Virus record (IMG/VR): IMGVR_UViG_3300020391_000005 | Coordinates: 20,833 to 84,832 of that record | Origin: a virus | DNA: 64,000 nt | Reading direction: 5' to 3' (one strand) | In this document: positions 1-12,600 of the stretch, piece by piece | How the letters are laid out: each line of letters starts with the position of its first letter | How positions within the stretch are numbered: the stretch's first letter is position 1 | Made by a program: the position numbers and the translations under genes | Notes under the pieces: generated by a model | What the model saw: only the letters and a program-made list of their open reading frames with translations | What the model was told of the DNA's origin: nothing | Database searches by the model: none

Positions 1-2
1 GG

Positions 3-3000
3 TATTTAGACTTAGATTCTGATCAAATTTTTCCTTTTACTCTAGTATCTTCATCAGTTGGAACAGATTTTAGTATTTTTAAGCAAAATCTCACTATTGC
101 AAACCAGCACCTGCCACTAAGTATAACTGGTGAAGCATCTTTAAGAGGTCCATTCGCAGAAACACACGTTGGTGGTATGCCACATCAAAAAACAGAAATA
201 AGCCAGTCAAATAGGCCAGAGGCATATGCAATTTCTGCAGATTCTAGCACCTTAACTATGACACAGGTACCTATTGCTAATCCTAAGTCAATGTTTTTTA
301 GACATCGAAGCGCCACAAGTTTTTCGACTATTTCAAACATAAGGCACACTACCGCTTCGTTTTTCTTAGGAAATTACAGTAACAATTACGAGATTGTTCA
401 AACTGCCGGCAGATTTAACAACAATAGATTTTTTGTAGATCAAGAAGGTTCATTTGTTACAGACGCGCCTGTCGCGTCTCAATATATATCTGGTGTTATT
501 GATTATGCTCGACCAACTAGAACTAGAACAACTCATATCTTTGTCAATAAATTTGGAGCCCCAGGTGGACCAGAGTCTATTTCAGATATTGGCTTAGATC
601 GCGCTTCGGGAGAATTTTCAGTTTATAACTCTTTAAATTATAGAAATCCTGTTGTCAGAGACGTTGTAGATATACTAGCTTCAGAACACACAGAACAATT
701 TGGGTTTAGAGCAGAGCATACAGCCGAAGACGAAGCAAAAGCTACTGCAACAATAGAATTTGTATCCGGTGCTTTACCTCAAAATGATGCTAAATTTGTA
801 ATAACATCAGCACCATCTCTTAGTCTGGATGTTGAGGCACTATCTGTAACATATACATTTAAAAATAGTAGCCCAACAGCATCAAACCAAGAGTTTTCCG
901 GAACTAATCATCAATTGGCAGCGACTAATTTAGCAAATTTAATAACTTCAGTTAATGGTCATCTGGATAGAATAACTGTTAGTAATGATCATGATGGAAA
1001 AATTACATTAACTCAGCACTTTCCTGGTGCTGCAGGTAATGTAGCTATAGTCTCTAATGCAAATAATGTAAACATATCTGGATTTAATAGTGGTAAATCA
1101 ATATTGGGGTCAACTCACAAAACAAATAGAAATCCACAAAGATTTACTGGTTCTTTAGGAAGAGAATTTAATCGAGACAACTTTTTTGTTCAACACCCAA
1201 TTCCACAATCAGAATATCAATATTCTTGGATAACTGCGTCTGTTAACGATAGTGTATATGATTTTTTAAATCGAAATGAAAACATGGGATATGTTCACAA
1301 CTTCGGAATAAAAACATCTAAAATTACTGATACATTTAACGATAACACTACTAGCAAAGCGCCGTCTGTATTCACAACAAATCAGTCTGACGAAAGTAAA
1401 ATAATAACAACAACAACATTTGTAACGGGTGTTTTTGGATCGGATGATTCAGAGTCTGGCCCCACTGACAACCCGGAGGAATTTGGAAAATTTGTTTCCT
1501 CCATGAAGATTAGAAATAATCGCGCAATAGTCGGCAATCCCAATGATGATTTTACTGCTTTTTTTGGCTTCAAGGCTAGAGGAAAAGTATTTACCTATGT
1601 ATCAGGTAGTCCATGGTCATCTATGGCAATACTAACATCATCACAATCTTATAGTATGTTAGGGACTAGTAATTCAGATAAATTTGGATCCTCTGTACAA
1701 CTTTCAAATAATTTCGCGTTTGTTGGAGCACCAGAAAATGATGCACATGGCACCACCAGTGCTGGCGCCATATACATATATTCTGCTTCCGGTGGGACTT
1801 GGAACAATTATCAATTTATCACAGCTTCCACCATCGCCGCCTCCGGAAAATTTGGACAAGAGTATATATCTGCTACTGACGATAAGATGATTACAATTGG
1901 AAAACAGCGTACAGATAATTTATATGGTCAAGTATATGTATTTGACAGGACTGGATCACACTGGGATGAAACACAGGTTATAAATCTTTCATCTAGTCAA
2001 GTTAGACCTACTGCGGCATCTTTCAACGACACGCATCTTTTTGTAAATGGAAAAGATTTAACTGACGAAGAAGGTGATACTTATAGGGTTTATATATATG
2101 CTTCATCATCAGGTGCTGGATATTCTCTAAATCAAACAATAAATAGCAGCGCAAGAGTTATTCCAGCTTGTACTAACACACATTTAGCTGTTGCTCAAGG
2201 TGTGGATAATCTATTTGATACAACTGCATCTGTGGGGGTTTATACGTACAATGGTTCATCGTGGACAATACAGCAAACTGTAACAGGTAGTGATACTGTT
2301 CCGGGAGATGGATTTGTGGCACCGTATCAAACAGATACTGGTCTGCCTCCTTCCTCTCCTACAATCGCAATAAGTGGTAATGTTTTGGTTGTTGGGTCTT
2401 GGATAGACGATATATCTTTAGGTCCAAAAAATTCAACAGAAGCTAAAAATAGTAATTACGGAAGTGTTTATTTGTTTGGCCTACATTCAGATTCTATCTG
2501 GCGACAGGAAAGAAAGTTACAGTTTAATAATTTTACCAATTTTGCAAATGCTAAATCTTTTGGCAGCTCTGTTGATATTTCTTCAAATTATATTGCCGCA
2601 GGTACCTCAAGAGCACACTTAGAAATTAGTAGTGATAATCAAATATCTCATTTTGCTATTTTATCATATGTAACCTCATCTACAGAACAAAGTAGATTAG
2701 ATGAAGGTCCAATAGTCAAAGAGTTATCAACTGATTCAACCAAAAAAATATTAGCTCTTGTGGGTGATAAAGACGTTCCGATGGAAGTGGATCAGATACC
2801 AGATATTTATAAAAACTCACTCGATATTGAACACAGATTTGTATCTAGAGTTATAAATACGAAATCTGAATTCGTAAATATATCATTTGACTATATCAGA
2901 GGATCTTCAAATAGTAACGATTTATCTTACAAATATGGCTTAACGGCTGCACCTAGGGAAAATGATTACTTAGTAGTGCAGTATAAGATCGGTTCTGGTA

Positions 3001-6000
3001 ATTACCAGACTCTTGAAAATATTGCAGGCGGTGCAATATCAGGCTCTACAGATCAAAATAATTTCAGCAGAAAAGTTTATTCGATTCAAAATACAGAAAA
3101 AGATAAAATTACAGTTCGTTTAGTCGCAGGCACTTCAACCACTGGTACTGATGCCAATTGGGGTATAGATAATTTTATACATGAAAAAGCTGCTTATTCT
3201 GTAAAACCATCTAATCAAATTGGCTTTACAAGAGATCTTAGATTTGATAGAACAAGCACAGAATTAGATATAAATTGTGCAGAGCTGAATGTGTTCAACA
3301 CACAAGATATTGGTTCGGCAGGAGAAGGTTTTCAAACCTTAAATACCAGACAGGTTCAATCACCTCATTTAGCTTTTTCTGGCTCAGATGGTACCGACGA
3401 TCCTTTTTCTGTGGCGGCTTGGATTAAGCCTAATATTGTAGATCATTCATCTGTAGAAAGTTCGGTATCTGGCAGTGCAATTGTTACCAATGAGGGGAAC
3501 TATTCTATTCATTATGACTATCAGGGAAAAATAACTTTTAAACTTTTAGGAGATACAACTCAAAAAAAGGTAAATTTTATAAGTACAGTTTTTTATTCAG
3601 ATAAAACACCATTTTTAGCTGTTCAGACAGCAAATAAAGTTTTATCTTCTGGTGATTGGAAAATGGTGACCTGCACATATGATGGATCAAAAGACGCTTC
3701 CGGTTTAAGCATATACGTTAATGGGGTCAAGCAGGCAGTTGAAGTACGAAAAGCTGGTTCATATCAGGGAATGATCGGAGTAGACAACGGAACAGATGCA
3801 AAACTTGGAGCAGGCCTTGTCAACATCGGCTATCACCAGTATATACATGAAACTAATTTTGGATCTGGTTTTCCAGTAGATGATACTGAAAGATACCTTT
3901 CAGATTTCAATATAAGATCTTTGCTGGTACATAATGAAAAACTTTCTCAAGAAAAAGTAACTGAGCTTTACAATCTTAGAAATATAAAGCCATTTGAAAA
4001 TAATGCTAAGGGAGTTTATATACCATTTGAAAATTTTTCATCTTACAGTAATGTTGTCGCACACTGGAGATTTTCGAATCCAACTACAATAACAACAGGT
4101 AGTCAAACATACATAGCGTATGTTGATAAAAAGAATTCTATTGCTTTATTGCATGCAACTAGAACATTGAGAAATGCTTCAGCATCTAATGCTCCCGGTT
4201 TTCGATTCGCAAATGCATTTGGTAAATCTCCAGAGGTATCAAACAAATTTGCTAAATTTGAAACAGAAAGAAATTTAGTGAATGAAATCTCTTCATCTAT
4301 GTCAGACACTAGTGATACATTTCAGTATTTAGGATTAACAATAGGAGAAAATAGTTACCCTTCTTGGAAGCAAATAAGAGCAGGTGAGACACCAATTGGC
4401 AGATATCAAAAATCTAAAAATATAATAACAATATCAACAAGAGATACTGAAGTTTTTCCTAGTCCTATAGTAGATTATAAATATGATATCAATAAAGACC
4501 TTGCAAATCTCCCGCTTGAGTCAACTAGGACTAGTGCCAGAGAAGTGTCTAGTTTTAATGAAATATTAACAACTAATAGATTTAAACCTATAACTATAAC
4601 TTTTCACAGTGAAATACCCACAGAGAGAAATATAAGAGAGGAGATAGATCAAAAAACTCAAGAAAATTTGTGGATCCAAGATTTAACATCTTTAATGTCA
4701 TTTAGTCAAAATTTCTCTGCAAAAGATTCTAGAATAATATCTATAAAATCAACTCTTCAAAATGATTTAACTTCTTTTTCTAATAAGTCATTAACAGATA
4801 AATTAAAAATCAATGATTACAAGCATAATAAATTTAGTGATCCTGAAACCGGCACCTTTTCTAGATTGTCAAGTATCGCAGGATCATTCGAAAGTGTTTT
4901 TGGTGTAGAAATTAACTATGTAGAAACTTTATATCCTAAAGAAGTAAATACGTTTACTGAAAACGCCCGCAGAAGAACTTTATTTGATTTTTTTGGATGG
5001 AGAACATTAAGAAGTGATCGATCTTTAATTCTAACAGGATCAAATGTATATGGTAATTTTATCACTAGATTTGGAGATAATATAGCATTCCCTGAAATAA
5101 GCATAGATAAAAATAATTTTAAAAATACAAATAGCAGTTTTGTTGATGTAGTTGATTTTGAATCTAAGTTTAAGCCTTTAACGTATTCCCATATAACATC
5201 TTCACGATGGCCTTTAGATTCTAGATCAGATTTTACAAAAAAGCCATTAGATATTTCTGTTTCATATTTTAATAAGGGTGATAAGTTTTATAATTCTAAG
5301 CAATCAGGTAGAGATGGTTCTGGTGTATTCCAAAATGATTATAGTATTTTTGGATTAGGTTACAATGGCGTACACGGCACGCCACCTGTTGCTCTAATAT
5401 ATAATAGGCGTATACCACAGGTATCAGGGTCTAGTGTGTATTTATCGGGAGAATCTAGATGGCAAGCAGCAGAACAATCAAACTATGCACCATTTGGAAA
5501 TAGCTATTTGGATCACATAGATAACTTATCTCCACTGGCTCAAGATCACTCATTAGTGCCAGAATATAAGGTGTCTGATTTTGTAGAAGATATAGTGAAT
5601 CAATCAGAAGGTGATTATACAAAAGTTAGTGAAAAGGTAAATTATTTATCAGTAACTGGTGCCGTATATCACACTTCGTCTCAGGAACTATTAGTTGGAT
5701 CTAAATTTTTTAAAACATATGGAACAACTGATTTCATGAAATACTTTGGACTAGTTTCAGAGATGGTGGAAGACAATAATATTGGCTCTGCTTCGCGAAT
5801 AACATTAAGGTGCAAAGCAGCACTAAAATTTACTCCATATAGAGGATTTTACCCTGCAGAAAGAGTGCTACAAATAGGAGAGCTTTTTTCTAGAGGATAT
5901 ATGCCAGATTTTAGTTTTGATGATATTAGAGACACAACACCCGGTAGTGCAGATTTGAAGCAAGTTTCAGATCCTACAAAATTATTAGAAAAGAAAATAA

Positions 6001-8825
6001 GAGCAAATTTACAGCAAACTATAAAGCCTTTCATGGCACCTGGTGTTTTAATGAATTCTATAAAAAGTGGAATTGCTGTTGATTATCCGATTTTTGGATC
6101 TGATTCAAATGATACTGCACTAAATAATTTTAATACAGCCATAAAACAAACAACCACTTCAAAAACCTCTTTTGATAGTAGTTTAAACAATTTAACCATG
6201 TTTACAGGTTCAATTATTAACTCAACTCATGGCATTGGTGGCGTACCTAGACTTAGTGGTTCTGTGACAAGAAGAATTACCTTTGATGACCTACTTGACC
6301 CACAGCGAGTTATTGGAACAAAAATTTATGATAATGAGCCTCATCAGTCTGCAAGCATATATTATGGTGATGGAGCATTAACAAAAGTGTTTGATTATCC
6401 TTTTACTTTTGGAAGGTTGGATGATACTAACAATAAGCAAAAGATATTTGCAGACGACTTTGTGCTGAAAAAATCATTAAACGATACATTAACACCGTAC
6501 AAAATGGCCATCAATAACTTTTGTGCTGAAACTGTAAACTTCTTTTTAGAAGGAGGTAAATTATCAAGTTTTGAATCAGATCAGGTTGTGTCGCCATTTT
6601 TATCTGCTAGCGCTAACTATAAAATGAGAATAACTTTTAAAAATAGTAATTTAAAAATGTATGACAGACATTCAGCCTTCGGACCGCCTGTAGACGAAGG
6701 TGCAGGTCTGACAAAGACAAGGATTACTGGATCTCTTACAACCGCACCTGGGGCTGGCTCTACCGCGGATTTTGGAGATACGCGACCTGCAGGTTTTCTT
6801 GTGGTATCATCGGATTTAACTGGCTCGACAGATGCTAAACTACATGGATTCACAATGACCACACCAGCATCAAACACTGTTTCAGTTAAAGTGTTCAAGT
6901 CAGGATCTTACATGCCTTCATCTAGTGCAGGTGAATACCTTTACATATCATCTGGGTCAGAGGGATTTCAAACATCATCATATGATGTATCTTCTTTTGG
7001 TGATGTTTACGCAAATGGTACGAGTTCATACATTGACCTTGCAAGTATAGAAAGTAAGCAAACCGGAACTGCTGCCAGGGGCCTAGCCTTTAACAGACTG
7101 CTTGAGGTCGCAATTAATCATCATCGATGGCATAGTGGTTCTAAAATAGAAGCTGGTTTCGTAGATGGTAATAATGTTAGGGTTAGGCAGATTTTAACCG
7201 GCACCGCCGGTGATACAACTATAACTCAACATGGTGGCACTAGTTCATTTGGTGTTGCAAGCCCAATGGCAAATTATTTTTCATCATTTCCCTCTTCTTT
7301 TTCATCGGGAATAAACCAGGCGACAACTTTAACAAATGTTACAACCAGCACCATAACTGAAAACGATTCGCATGAATATGCACCATTTGTGCCGCCTTTC
7401 TTAGACAAAGGATCTGACCCATATGTAGAAATAAATTTTACACCAGATAAATCAGAGGAATATACATTGAGCAAAATATTTGACGGTGCACAGTATACCT
7501 ATAGAAACTTTAAAGATACACCTTCAAATCACAATGTAAATACAAACTTTAAAGAAGCTATGAACCTGTCAGCTTCATTTGATTTATCTAATTTTTCCGT
7601 ATATAAAGAAGATGAATCACAGGCTGGTGTAACAACACTTGAACAGAGAAAAAGGTGGGTGATACAAACTAAGTGGGAAACACCAATACTTAATTTTATA
7701 AATGCATCTTCAAGTGCACTAAACTTAAGCAGTAGCACCGTTGATCAAGTTGTAGGATCACCATGGCAAGATAGAACATGGGATAGGTATCTAACAAAAT
7801 CTGTTATTAGTACACCAACCCCGTATATAACTTCTTCAACAGGTATGTGGCATCAATATGGATCAAATCTGGAAAGTGATCAGGAAGGTTACATAATATC
7901 AATAGATAAAGTACCAGGAGTATCTGACAATCATCAACTTGCTAGAATCTTAGGATTCATTCCAGAATCTATGGAGCCAGTTCAAATCAGACCAGGTAAA
8001 ATAGCTGAAAGAAAAGAAATATCAGAAGCGGTTGTCGCAATACCTTTTTATTATAAGAGCGAACTAATACAAGGATCGTCACAAGCGCCGAAACTTTTTA
8101 CTATGAAAGAGTCAAATCTTCAAGCAGCAATTGATTTAAATTCTGGCAAAAAAAGATCATTCGAGGAAGTAGTTCTTGGTCGCAGTAAAGACGATCCAAC
8201 TTCTGGGTATAACATTGAATTAGAAAAGTATTTAAAATTTTACAATACACCTGGACAAGCACCAGAAGAAGTTTTAGCATATCAATTGAGAATGATGGAA
8301 AAATATGTTTTTCCTCCTCAATTTGATTTTTTAAATTATCCTGAAATGTTGCAAAAGCCAATGATGTATATATTTCAGTTTAATGCTGAACTCACTAAGC
8401 AAGACCTAACTAATATTTGGCAAAATTTAGCTCCTCAAACAGCTAGATCTGCAGCAAGGGCTAGAAACTCAGGAATAGATACTAATATAGAAAAATTTGG
8501 AGTTAGAGAAGACGTTCAATATGTATCTCATTTGTTTAATCAAAGAGATATACCGGTTGAAGAACGAGAGCAATTTTTAGAAAAAAATGTTAGATGGGTT
8601 ATATTCAAAGTCAAGCAAAGAGCGGAAGCTGATTTGTCAAAGATAAAGATTAATTCACTTCCAGGCTCCAGAAGAAACCTTGTTGTTGATCCATCAGTGT
8701 CATCCCTAAAGCCATCTGATTATTTAGTAGGAAAGAAGTATAGCTTTAACTGGCCATATGATTACTTTTCTTTAGTAGAACTAATTAAACTTGAGGCAAA
8801 AGTTGATTTCTTGCCTTTTGGATAA
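3..8825 (+). CDS. Giant virion structural protein (baseplate/tail-associated) with FG-GAP-like beta-propeller repeats and a LamG/concanavalin A-like domain; 5' truncated
   Basis: Frame is open from position 3 (YLDLDSDQIFPF...) into the ATG at 177, so the true start is left of the window. FGSSVQLSNNFAFVGAP / GAIYIY / FGSSVDISSNYIAAG repeats; LamG-type FSVAAWIKP...WKMVTCTYDGS...IYVNG; S/T/G-rich. Confidence 0.7.
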   Translation, partial: YLDLDSDQIFPFTLVSSSVGTDFSIFKQNLTIANQHLPLSITGEASLRGPFAETHVGGMPHQKTEISQSNRPEAYAISADSSTLTMTQVPIANPKSMFFRHRSATSFSTISNIRHTTASFFLGNYSNNYEIVQTAGRFNNNRFFVDQEGSFVTDAPVASQYISGVIDYARPTRTRTTHIFVNKFGAPGGPESISDIGLDRASGEFSVYNSLNYRNPVVRDVVDILASEHTEQFGFRAEHTAEDEAKATATIEFVSGALPQNDAKFVITSAPSLSLDVEALSVTYTFKNSSPTASNQEFSGTNHQLAATNLANLITSVNGHLDRITVSNDHDGKITLTQHFPGAAGNVAIVSNANNVNISGFNSGKSILGSTHKTNRNPQRFTGSLGREFNRDNFFVQHPIPQSEYQYSWITASVNDSVYDFLNRNENMGYVHNFGIKTSKITDTFNDNTTSKAPSVFTTNQSDESKIITTTTFVTGVFGSDDSESGPTDNPEEFGKFVSSMKIRNNRAIVGNPNDDFTAFFGFKARGKVFTYVSGSPWSSMAILTSSQSYSMLGTSNSDKFGSSVQLSNNFAFVGAPENDAHGTTSAGAIYIYSASGGTWNNYQFITASTIAASGKFGQEYISATDDKMITIGKQRTDNLYGQVYVFDRTGSHWDETQVINLSSSQVRPTAASFNDTHLFVNGKDLTDEEGDTYRVYIYASSSGAGYSLNQTINSSARVIPACTNTHLAVAQGVDNLFDTTASVGVYTYNGSSWTIQQTVTGSDTVPGDGFVAPYQTDTGLPPSSPTIAISGNVLVVGSWIDDISLGPKNSTEAKNSNYGSVYLFGLHSDSIWRQERKLQFNNFTNFANAKSFGSSVDISSNYIAAGTSRAHLEISSDNQISHFAILSYVTSSTEQSRLDEGPIVKELSTDSTKKILALVGDKDVPMEVDQIPDIYKNSLDIEHRFVSRVINTKSEFVNISFDYIRGSSNSNDLSYKYGLTAAPRENDYLVVQYKIGSGNYQTLENIAGGAISGSTDQNNFSRKVYSIQNTEKDKITVRLVAGTSTTGTDANWGIDNFIHEKAAYSVKPSNQIGFTRDLRFDRTSTELDINCAELNVFNTQDIGSAGEGFQTLNTRQVQSPHLAFSGSDGTDDPFSVAAWIKPNIVDHSSVESSVSGSAIVTNEGNYSIHYDYQGKITFKLLGDTTQKKVNFISTVFYSDKTPFLAVQTANKVLSSGDWKMVTCTYDGSKDASGLSIYVNGVKQAVEVRKAGSYQGMIGVDNGTDAKLGAGLVNIGYHQYIHETNFGSGFPVDDTERYLSDFNIRSLLVHNEKLSQEKVTELYNLRNIKPFENNAKGVYIPFENFSSYSNVVAHWRFSNPTTITTGSQTYIAYVDKKNSIALLHATRTLRNASASNAPGFRFANAFGKSPEVSNKFAKFETERNLVNEISSSMSDTSDTFQYLGLTIGENSYPSWKQIRAGETPIGRYQKSKNIITISTRDTEVFPSPIVDYKYDINKDLANLPLESTRTSAREVSSFNEILTTNRFKPITITFHSEIPTERNIREEIDQKTQENLWIQDLTSLMSFSQNFSAKDSRIISIKSTLQNDLTSFSNKSLTDKLKINDYKHNKFSDPETGTFSRLSSIAGSFESVFGVEINYVETLYPKEVNTFTENARRRTLFDFFGWRTLRSDRSLILTGSNVYGNFITRFGDNIAFPEISIDKNNFKNTNSSFVDVVDFESKFKPLTYSHITSSRWPLDSRSDFTKKPLDISVSYFNKGDKFYNSKQSGRDGSGVFQNDYSIFGLGYNGVHGTPPVALIYNRRIPQVSGSSVYLSGESRWQAAEQSNYAPFGNSYLDHIDNLSPLAQDHSLVPEYKVSDFVEDIVNQSEGDYTKVSEKVNYLSVTGAVYHTSSQELLVGSKFFKTYGTTDFMKYFGLVSEMVEDNNIGSASRITLRCKAALKFTPYRGFYPAERVLQIGELFSRGYMPDFSFDDIRDTTPGSADLKQVSDPTKLLEKKIRANLQQTIKPFMAPGVLMNSIKSGIAVDYPIFGSDSNDTALNNFNTAIKQTTTSKTSFDSSLNNLTMFTGSIINSTHGIGGVPRLSGSVTRRITFDDLLDPQRVIGTKIYDNEPHQSASIYYGDGALTKVFDYPFTFGRLDDTNNKQKIFADDFVLKKSLNDTLTPYKMAINNFCAETVNFFLEGGKLSSFESDQVVSPFLSASANYKMRITFKNSNLKMYDRHSAFGPPVDEGAGLTKTRITGSLTTAPGAGSTADFGDTRPAGFLVVSSDLTGSTDAKLHGFTMTTPASNTVSVKVFKSGSYMPSSSAGEYLYISSGSEGFQTSSYDVSSFGDVYANGTSSYIDLASIESKQTGTAARGLAFNRLLEVAINHHRWHSGSKIEAGFVDGNNVRVRQILTGTAGDTTITQHGGTSSFGVASPMANYFSSFPSSFSSGINQATTLTNVTTSTITENDSHEYAPFVPPFLDKGSDPYVEINFTPDKSEEYTLSKIFDGAQYTYRNFKDTPSNHNVNTNFKEAMNLSASFDLSNFSVYKEDESQAGVTTLEQRKRWVIQTKWETPILNFINASSSALNLSSSTVDQVVGSPWQDRTWDRYLTKSVISTPTPYITSSTGMWHQYGSNLESDQEGYIISIDKVPGVSDNHQLARILGFIPESMEPVQIRPGKIAERKEISEAVVAIPFYYKSELIQGSSQAPKLFTMKESNLQAAIDLNSGKKRSFEEVVLGRSKDDPTSGYNIELEKYLKFYNTPGQAPEEVLAYQLRMMEKYVFPPQFDFLNYPEMLQKPMMYIFQFNAELTKQDLTNIWQNLAPQTARSAARARNSGIDTNIEKFGVREDVQYVSHLFNQRDIPVEEREQFLEKNVRWVIFKVKQRAEADLSKIKINSLPGSRRNLVVDPSVSSLKPSDYLVGKKYSFNWPYDYFSLVELIKLEAKVDFLPFG

Positions 8826-8834
8826 AACAGTAGT

Positions 8835-9662
8835 ATGACTTTTGTAAATAAAAAAGAAGATGTAGTTCAAATATCGCTCACTCAGCATGGTAAAAACCTA
8901 CTATCAAGAGGTGCTTTTAAGCCGGTATTTTATCAATTTTTTGATGATGATGTTATTTATGACCACAAATACGCCGGATGCACCGAAGCGCAAAACGAAA
9001 TAGCAGATAGAATAGAAACAAATATTAGATTATCCAATCAACATGTAGTTGCTAGTATCGAAGACAGATTTGATGACGAAACCGAAAAAATTGAACAGGG
9101 CCAAAGAGATATATTTTTGCCTATTACTAAAATTTTAAATGAAATAGAAAGAGAGAAGCTGCTCTCTTTTCCGATTTCCAATATGTCAACCGGTATTCAA
9201 AATACACCTTCATTTAATTTATCATCATTTGATTGCAAAATACAAAATTCTTCATCTGTGACGCATCTTACTCAATCTGGTTTTCCTGCAAAAATACCGC
9301 AAATAGACTTTAATCCTGTTTATTACTTAGAAAAAAATATAATAAACAAGCAAGATGATGACGGTTCGCTTGTAAGCGAAGAGGAGTTTAGAATAGACTT
9401 TTCAGAAACAAAAATAGAGTTTATTGATAAAACATTTTTAGAATTAAAGCCAGAAGATGTTGTGCTATTGCTAGAAGAAAATAATGTACCATTTACAAAA
9501 GAAAATTTTAAAATAGAAGTATATGAAATTTTTGATGATAATAGTGCATCTATTATAAATGATGTAAATGAAATATTTGAATTGTTTGAAATAGAAGTAG
9601 ATGAATCTGTCAAAGAGATACCAAATGAAAAAAATATAAATAAAAACTTTTTTTCTAAATAG
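8835..9662 (+). CDS. Putative baseplate/tail structural protein, N-terminal paralog of 15687..16670
   Basis: MTFVNKKEDVVQISLTQHGKNLLSRGAFKPVFYQFFDDDVIY aligns with MAFLDNSGDIILDAVLTDAGRQRMARGEFKIVKFALSDEEINY; structural gene context. Confidence 0.55.
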   Translation: MTFVNKKEDVVQISLTQHGKNLLSRGAFKPVFYQFFDDDVIYDHKYAGCTEAQNEIADRIETNIRLSNQHVVASIEDRFDDETEKIEQGQRDIFLPITKILNEIEREKLLSFPISNMSTGIQNTPSFNLSSFDCKIQNSSSVTHLTQSGFPAKIPQIDFNPVYYLEKNIINKQDDDGSLVSEEEFRIDFSETKIEFIDKTFLELKPEDVVLLLEENNVPFTKENFKIEVYEIFDDNSASIINDVNEIFELFEIEVDESVKEIPNEKNINKNFFSK

Positions 9663-9673
9663 GAGTTTAAAAA

Positions 9674-12600
9674 ATGTTATCTGAAAATTTGGGACCTTTT
9701 CCGTATCTAACTGTTAGAAGTGTTATTTTAGATCAGAATGAAACAACTGTAAATGCTGCCATTACAGTTAGAGATGATTCCCCACGTCCGTTTTGGCTTA
9801 ACGAAAGAGAGTTTTCCGCATTTGTAAAAATATATTTGATTATGATTCCTCATACAGAACTCAGAGGCAGAGTGACTGATTTAGGTCCAACTCAGCTTGT
9901 AAATTATAAAACAAGAGCTTTTGCACAGAATAACGGACAAGATGTCTCTGCGGCGCTTAACTGGGATAAAGAATTCTATGATTCTTGTGATCATAGCATC
10001 ATAACATTAACAGAGGCACTTGATAGTGCGAGTGACTCTCTTGTAACAACGTCAGAAATAGATAGAAACGTAGATAATTTAAATGATTTAAATTTTACTG
10101 TAACTATCCCACGTACAAAATATAACTATGAAAACGAACAATTAGTTCAGCTGGACTTATACGCGCTAACACATTTAGATGTAAAGGGCCTAGTAGAACA
10201 CTATAATATGACAAGTAGAAGCTCTACAATATATAACCTTTTAGAAATTGGAGGTAATTTTTCTGTAGAGACTTTGTTAGAGAGACCTTCATCAGGACCA
10301 CTACAGGTTCCTGCTACAAAAGAAATTTTAGCATATCAGGATAATACTATATTTAATGGAATATATCATTTTCATCCGTCATCTTCACCTGGCCCTGGAG
10401 GATATGTTGGATTTATGGAGGGTCCTTCAGACCCTATGCATCCAAATGCTAAAAGGCTTAAAACAATTACAGTTGAGTATAATAAAGTTACAGCTAATTT
10501 TCTGCTAGATGACAGTCTTTTTCTATCGGGATACAATGGGTCAAGACAGGAACTTGAAGCGCTAGATTATTCATTTTTAACACCATATGTAGAAACCAGA
10601 TCAATATATGATTCTGCAGATACAACGCTTGGTTTTCAAACAGGTTTATCAGCTGGTGTTTATGATAATGCAGAGCAACAAAATTTGAGAAAAGAATATT
10701 TTGAAGAGTTAGCAAGAAATTCAGACTTTGAAATTGTATCCAAAACCGCTGGGTGGATTCATACAGCAGAAGATGAGGATGGGAATATTAAGGGATCTCA
10801 CTCTTTATTGTTTGAAATTGATTGGGAAAAAATAGTAAGAGTCAAATCAAAATATGGATTTTTTTTAGACCTTCTTAGAAAAAATCCAATAACTCCCTCT
10901 TCGGGTGTTGGCTTTGTATTAAAAACAGACTTAAGAACACTTCTTAATAAAGTTGATATTAAAGAGATTACCATATATAGAACTAGGGTATCTAATCAGC
11001 CAAGGTCTAACAACCCAGTTGGCACAGCTGACTATGATACTTTTAACTTAAATGAACTACCTAAGAAACTAATATCTACGCGTGATGAGTATAACGAAGA
11101 AGTTAATAAAAATATTTTGATTAAAAAACAAAACGAAAATTGTGTTATTGCACAAATAAATCTTAGTCGTCCATATTATAAAAAAAGGACGATAAGATTA
11201 GAAGATAAAGATATGTTTAAAAACATTAGTTTTGGCAATTATGAATACCATTTTGAAATGCGAATAGAAGATAAGATAAAGGGAATTTTTATGTTGGCTG
11301 CTAGCACCCTCCAAATCTATGCAAAAGAATATAAAAGCTTTCTTAATGCTGCATCAATACCATATATAGAAAGACCATTTTTTGGCGCTGACAGCAGTTT
11401 TATTGAACCTGGTGACACTATCGCTAGAGTAGGAAATTACATTATAAAATCGGAGCAGTACACACCAGCATTTAAGTCGGAGTCAGAAAATACTTTTGAT
11501 TATAATACTCGTAGATTAATAAATCTTTATATCATAATGTCTGCATGGATAGGTCAATATGGAGAAGATGCTGACCTTCAAGCTAGAAATAGATTAGTAC
11601 AATTGTTAGAAAATTCTATAATACCAAAGAAGGGAGGAAATCTTGAATCAGCATATAAGTTTTTAGAAGCATGTCAAAGATTAATTATAGAATATAGAAG
11701 GTTACTTGATAGAGAAAACGTAGAACAAATTGATTCATTCATTCTAAATTCTTCAGTAGATTCTTACGCAAAAATAGGCAAGAAACACCCCACAAAGAGT
11801 CCAGGTAATATTGAAATTATAAAAAAAGTTATACCTGGAACAGTTACTGCTTTTAGAAAGGGTGAGATATTTCTTTCCTATGATATGGATGACGTAAACG
11901 AAGTTCTACAAAGAAGACAAACATATTTGGACTCACCAGTAAATTTAGATGATCCTCTCGGTATCAGAGATCTTTTGCCACCATCACGATATTTAACTCA
12001 ATTAGATTCTGAAAATATTCAAATGTTAGCACAAATTAATACGATGACAGGCGGTGACTTGCAAGCGGGTATGACTGGAATAGATCTTTCTGTATTAGAA
12101 AACACACTAACAACCCCTCCTGAAAATACTTCTATTGATTTGTCTAGAGGAAGCCGACAAATTGATAATGTTTTTGGTGCTGGAGGTGTGACTGTAACAT
12201 TTCCAACTAATGAGTTCTCATTACCTAATGATGCAGATATTAGCCGGCCATTAACAGATACAAAACCACTAGACTTAACCAGTGGACTATCTCAAAATTT
12301 AGAACAAGGATTAACAGACTCTATAACAAGAGAAGACATTACACAAACTTACACTAGAAATAGTGATGCTTTTGCTTCTCAGGCTAACTCAAGAACAGCA
12401 AATAACATTTTAGGAGAAGTTCAAAACGCACTTGGCCAAAGTGATATTTTAGAATCTGGATCACCTGCAAATCGTCGAACTGCGTTACCAAGCACAACAG
12501 ATAGATTATTTGGTCAAAAAGCGTCGAGAATATCTATGGTAGTTAACCGCAATGGTCCATTTTCTGAAACAGTTCCACTAACAGAAGAAGCAATAAATTC

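Noticed and set aside
177-179. ATG 177 as start of the giant protein
   Set aside because: The frame is open back to the window edge and no RBS is evident; the gene starts upstream.
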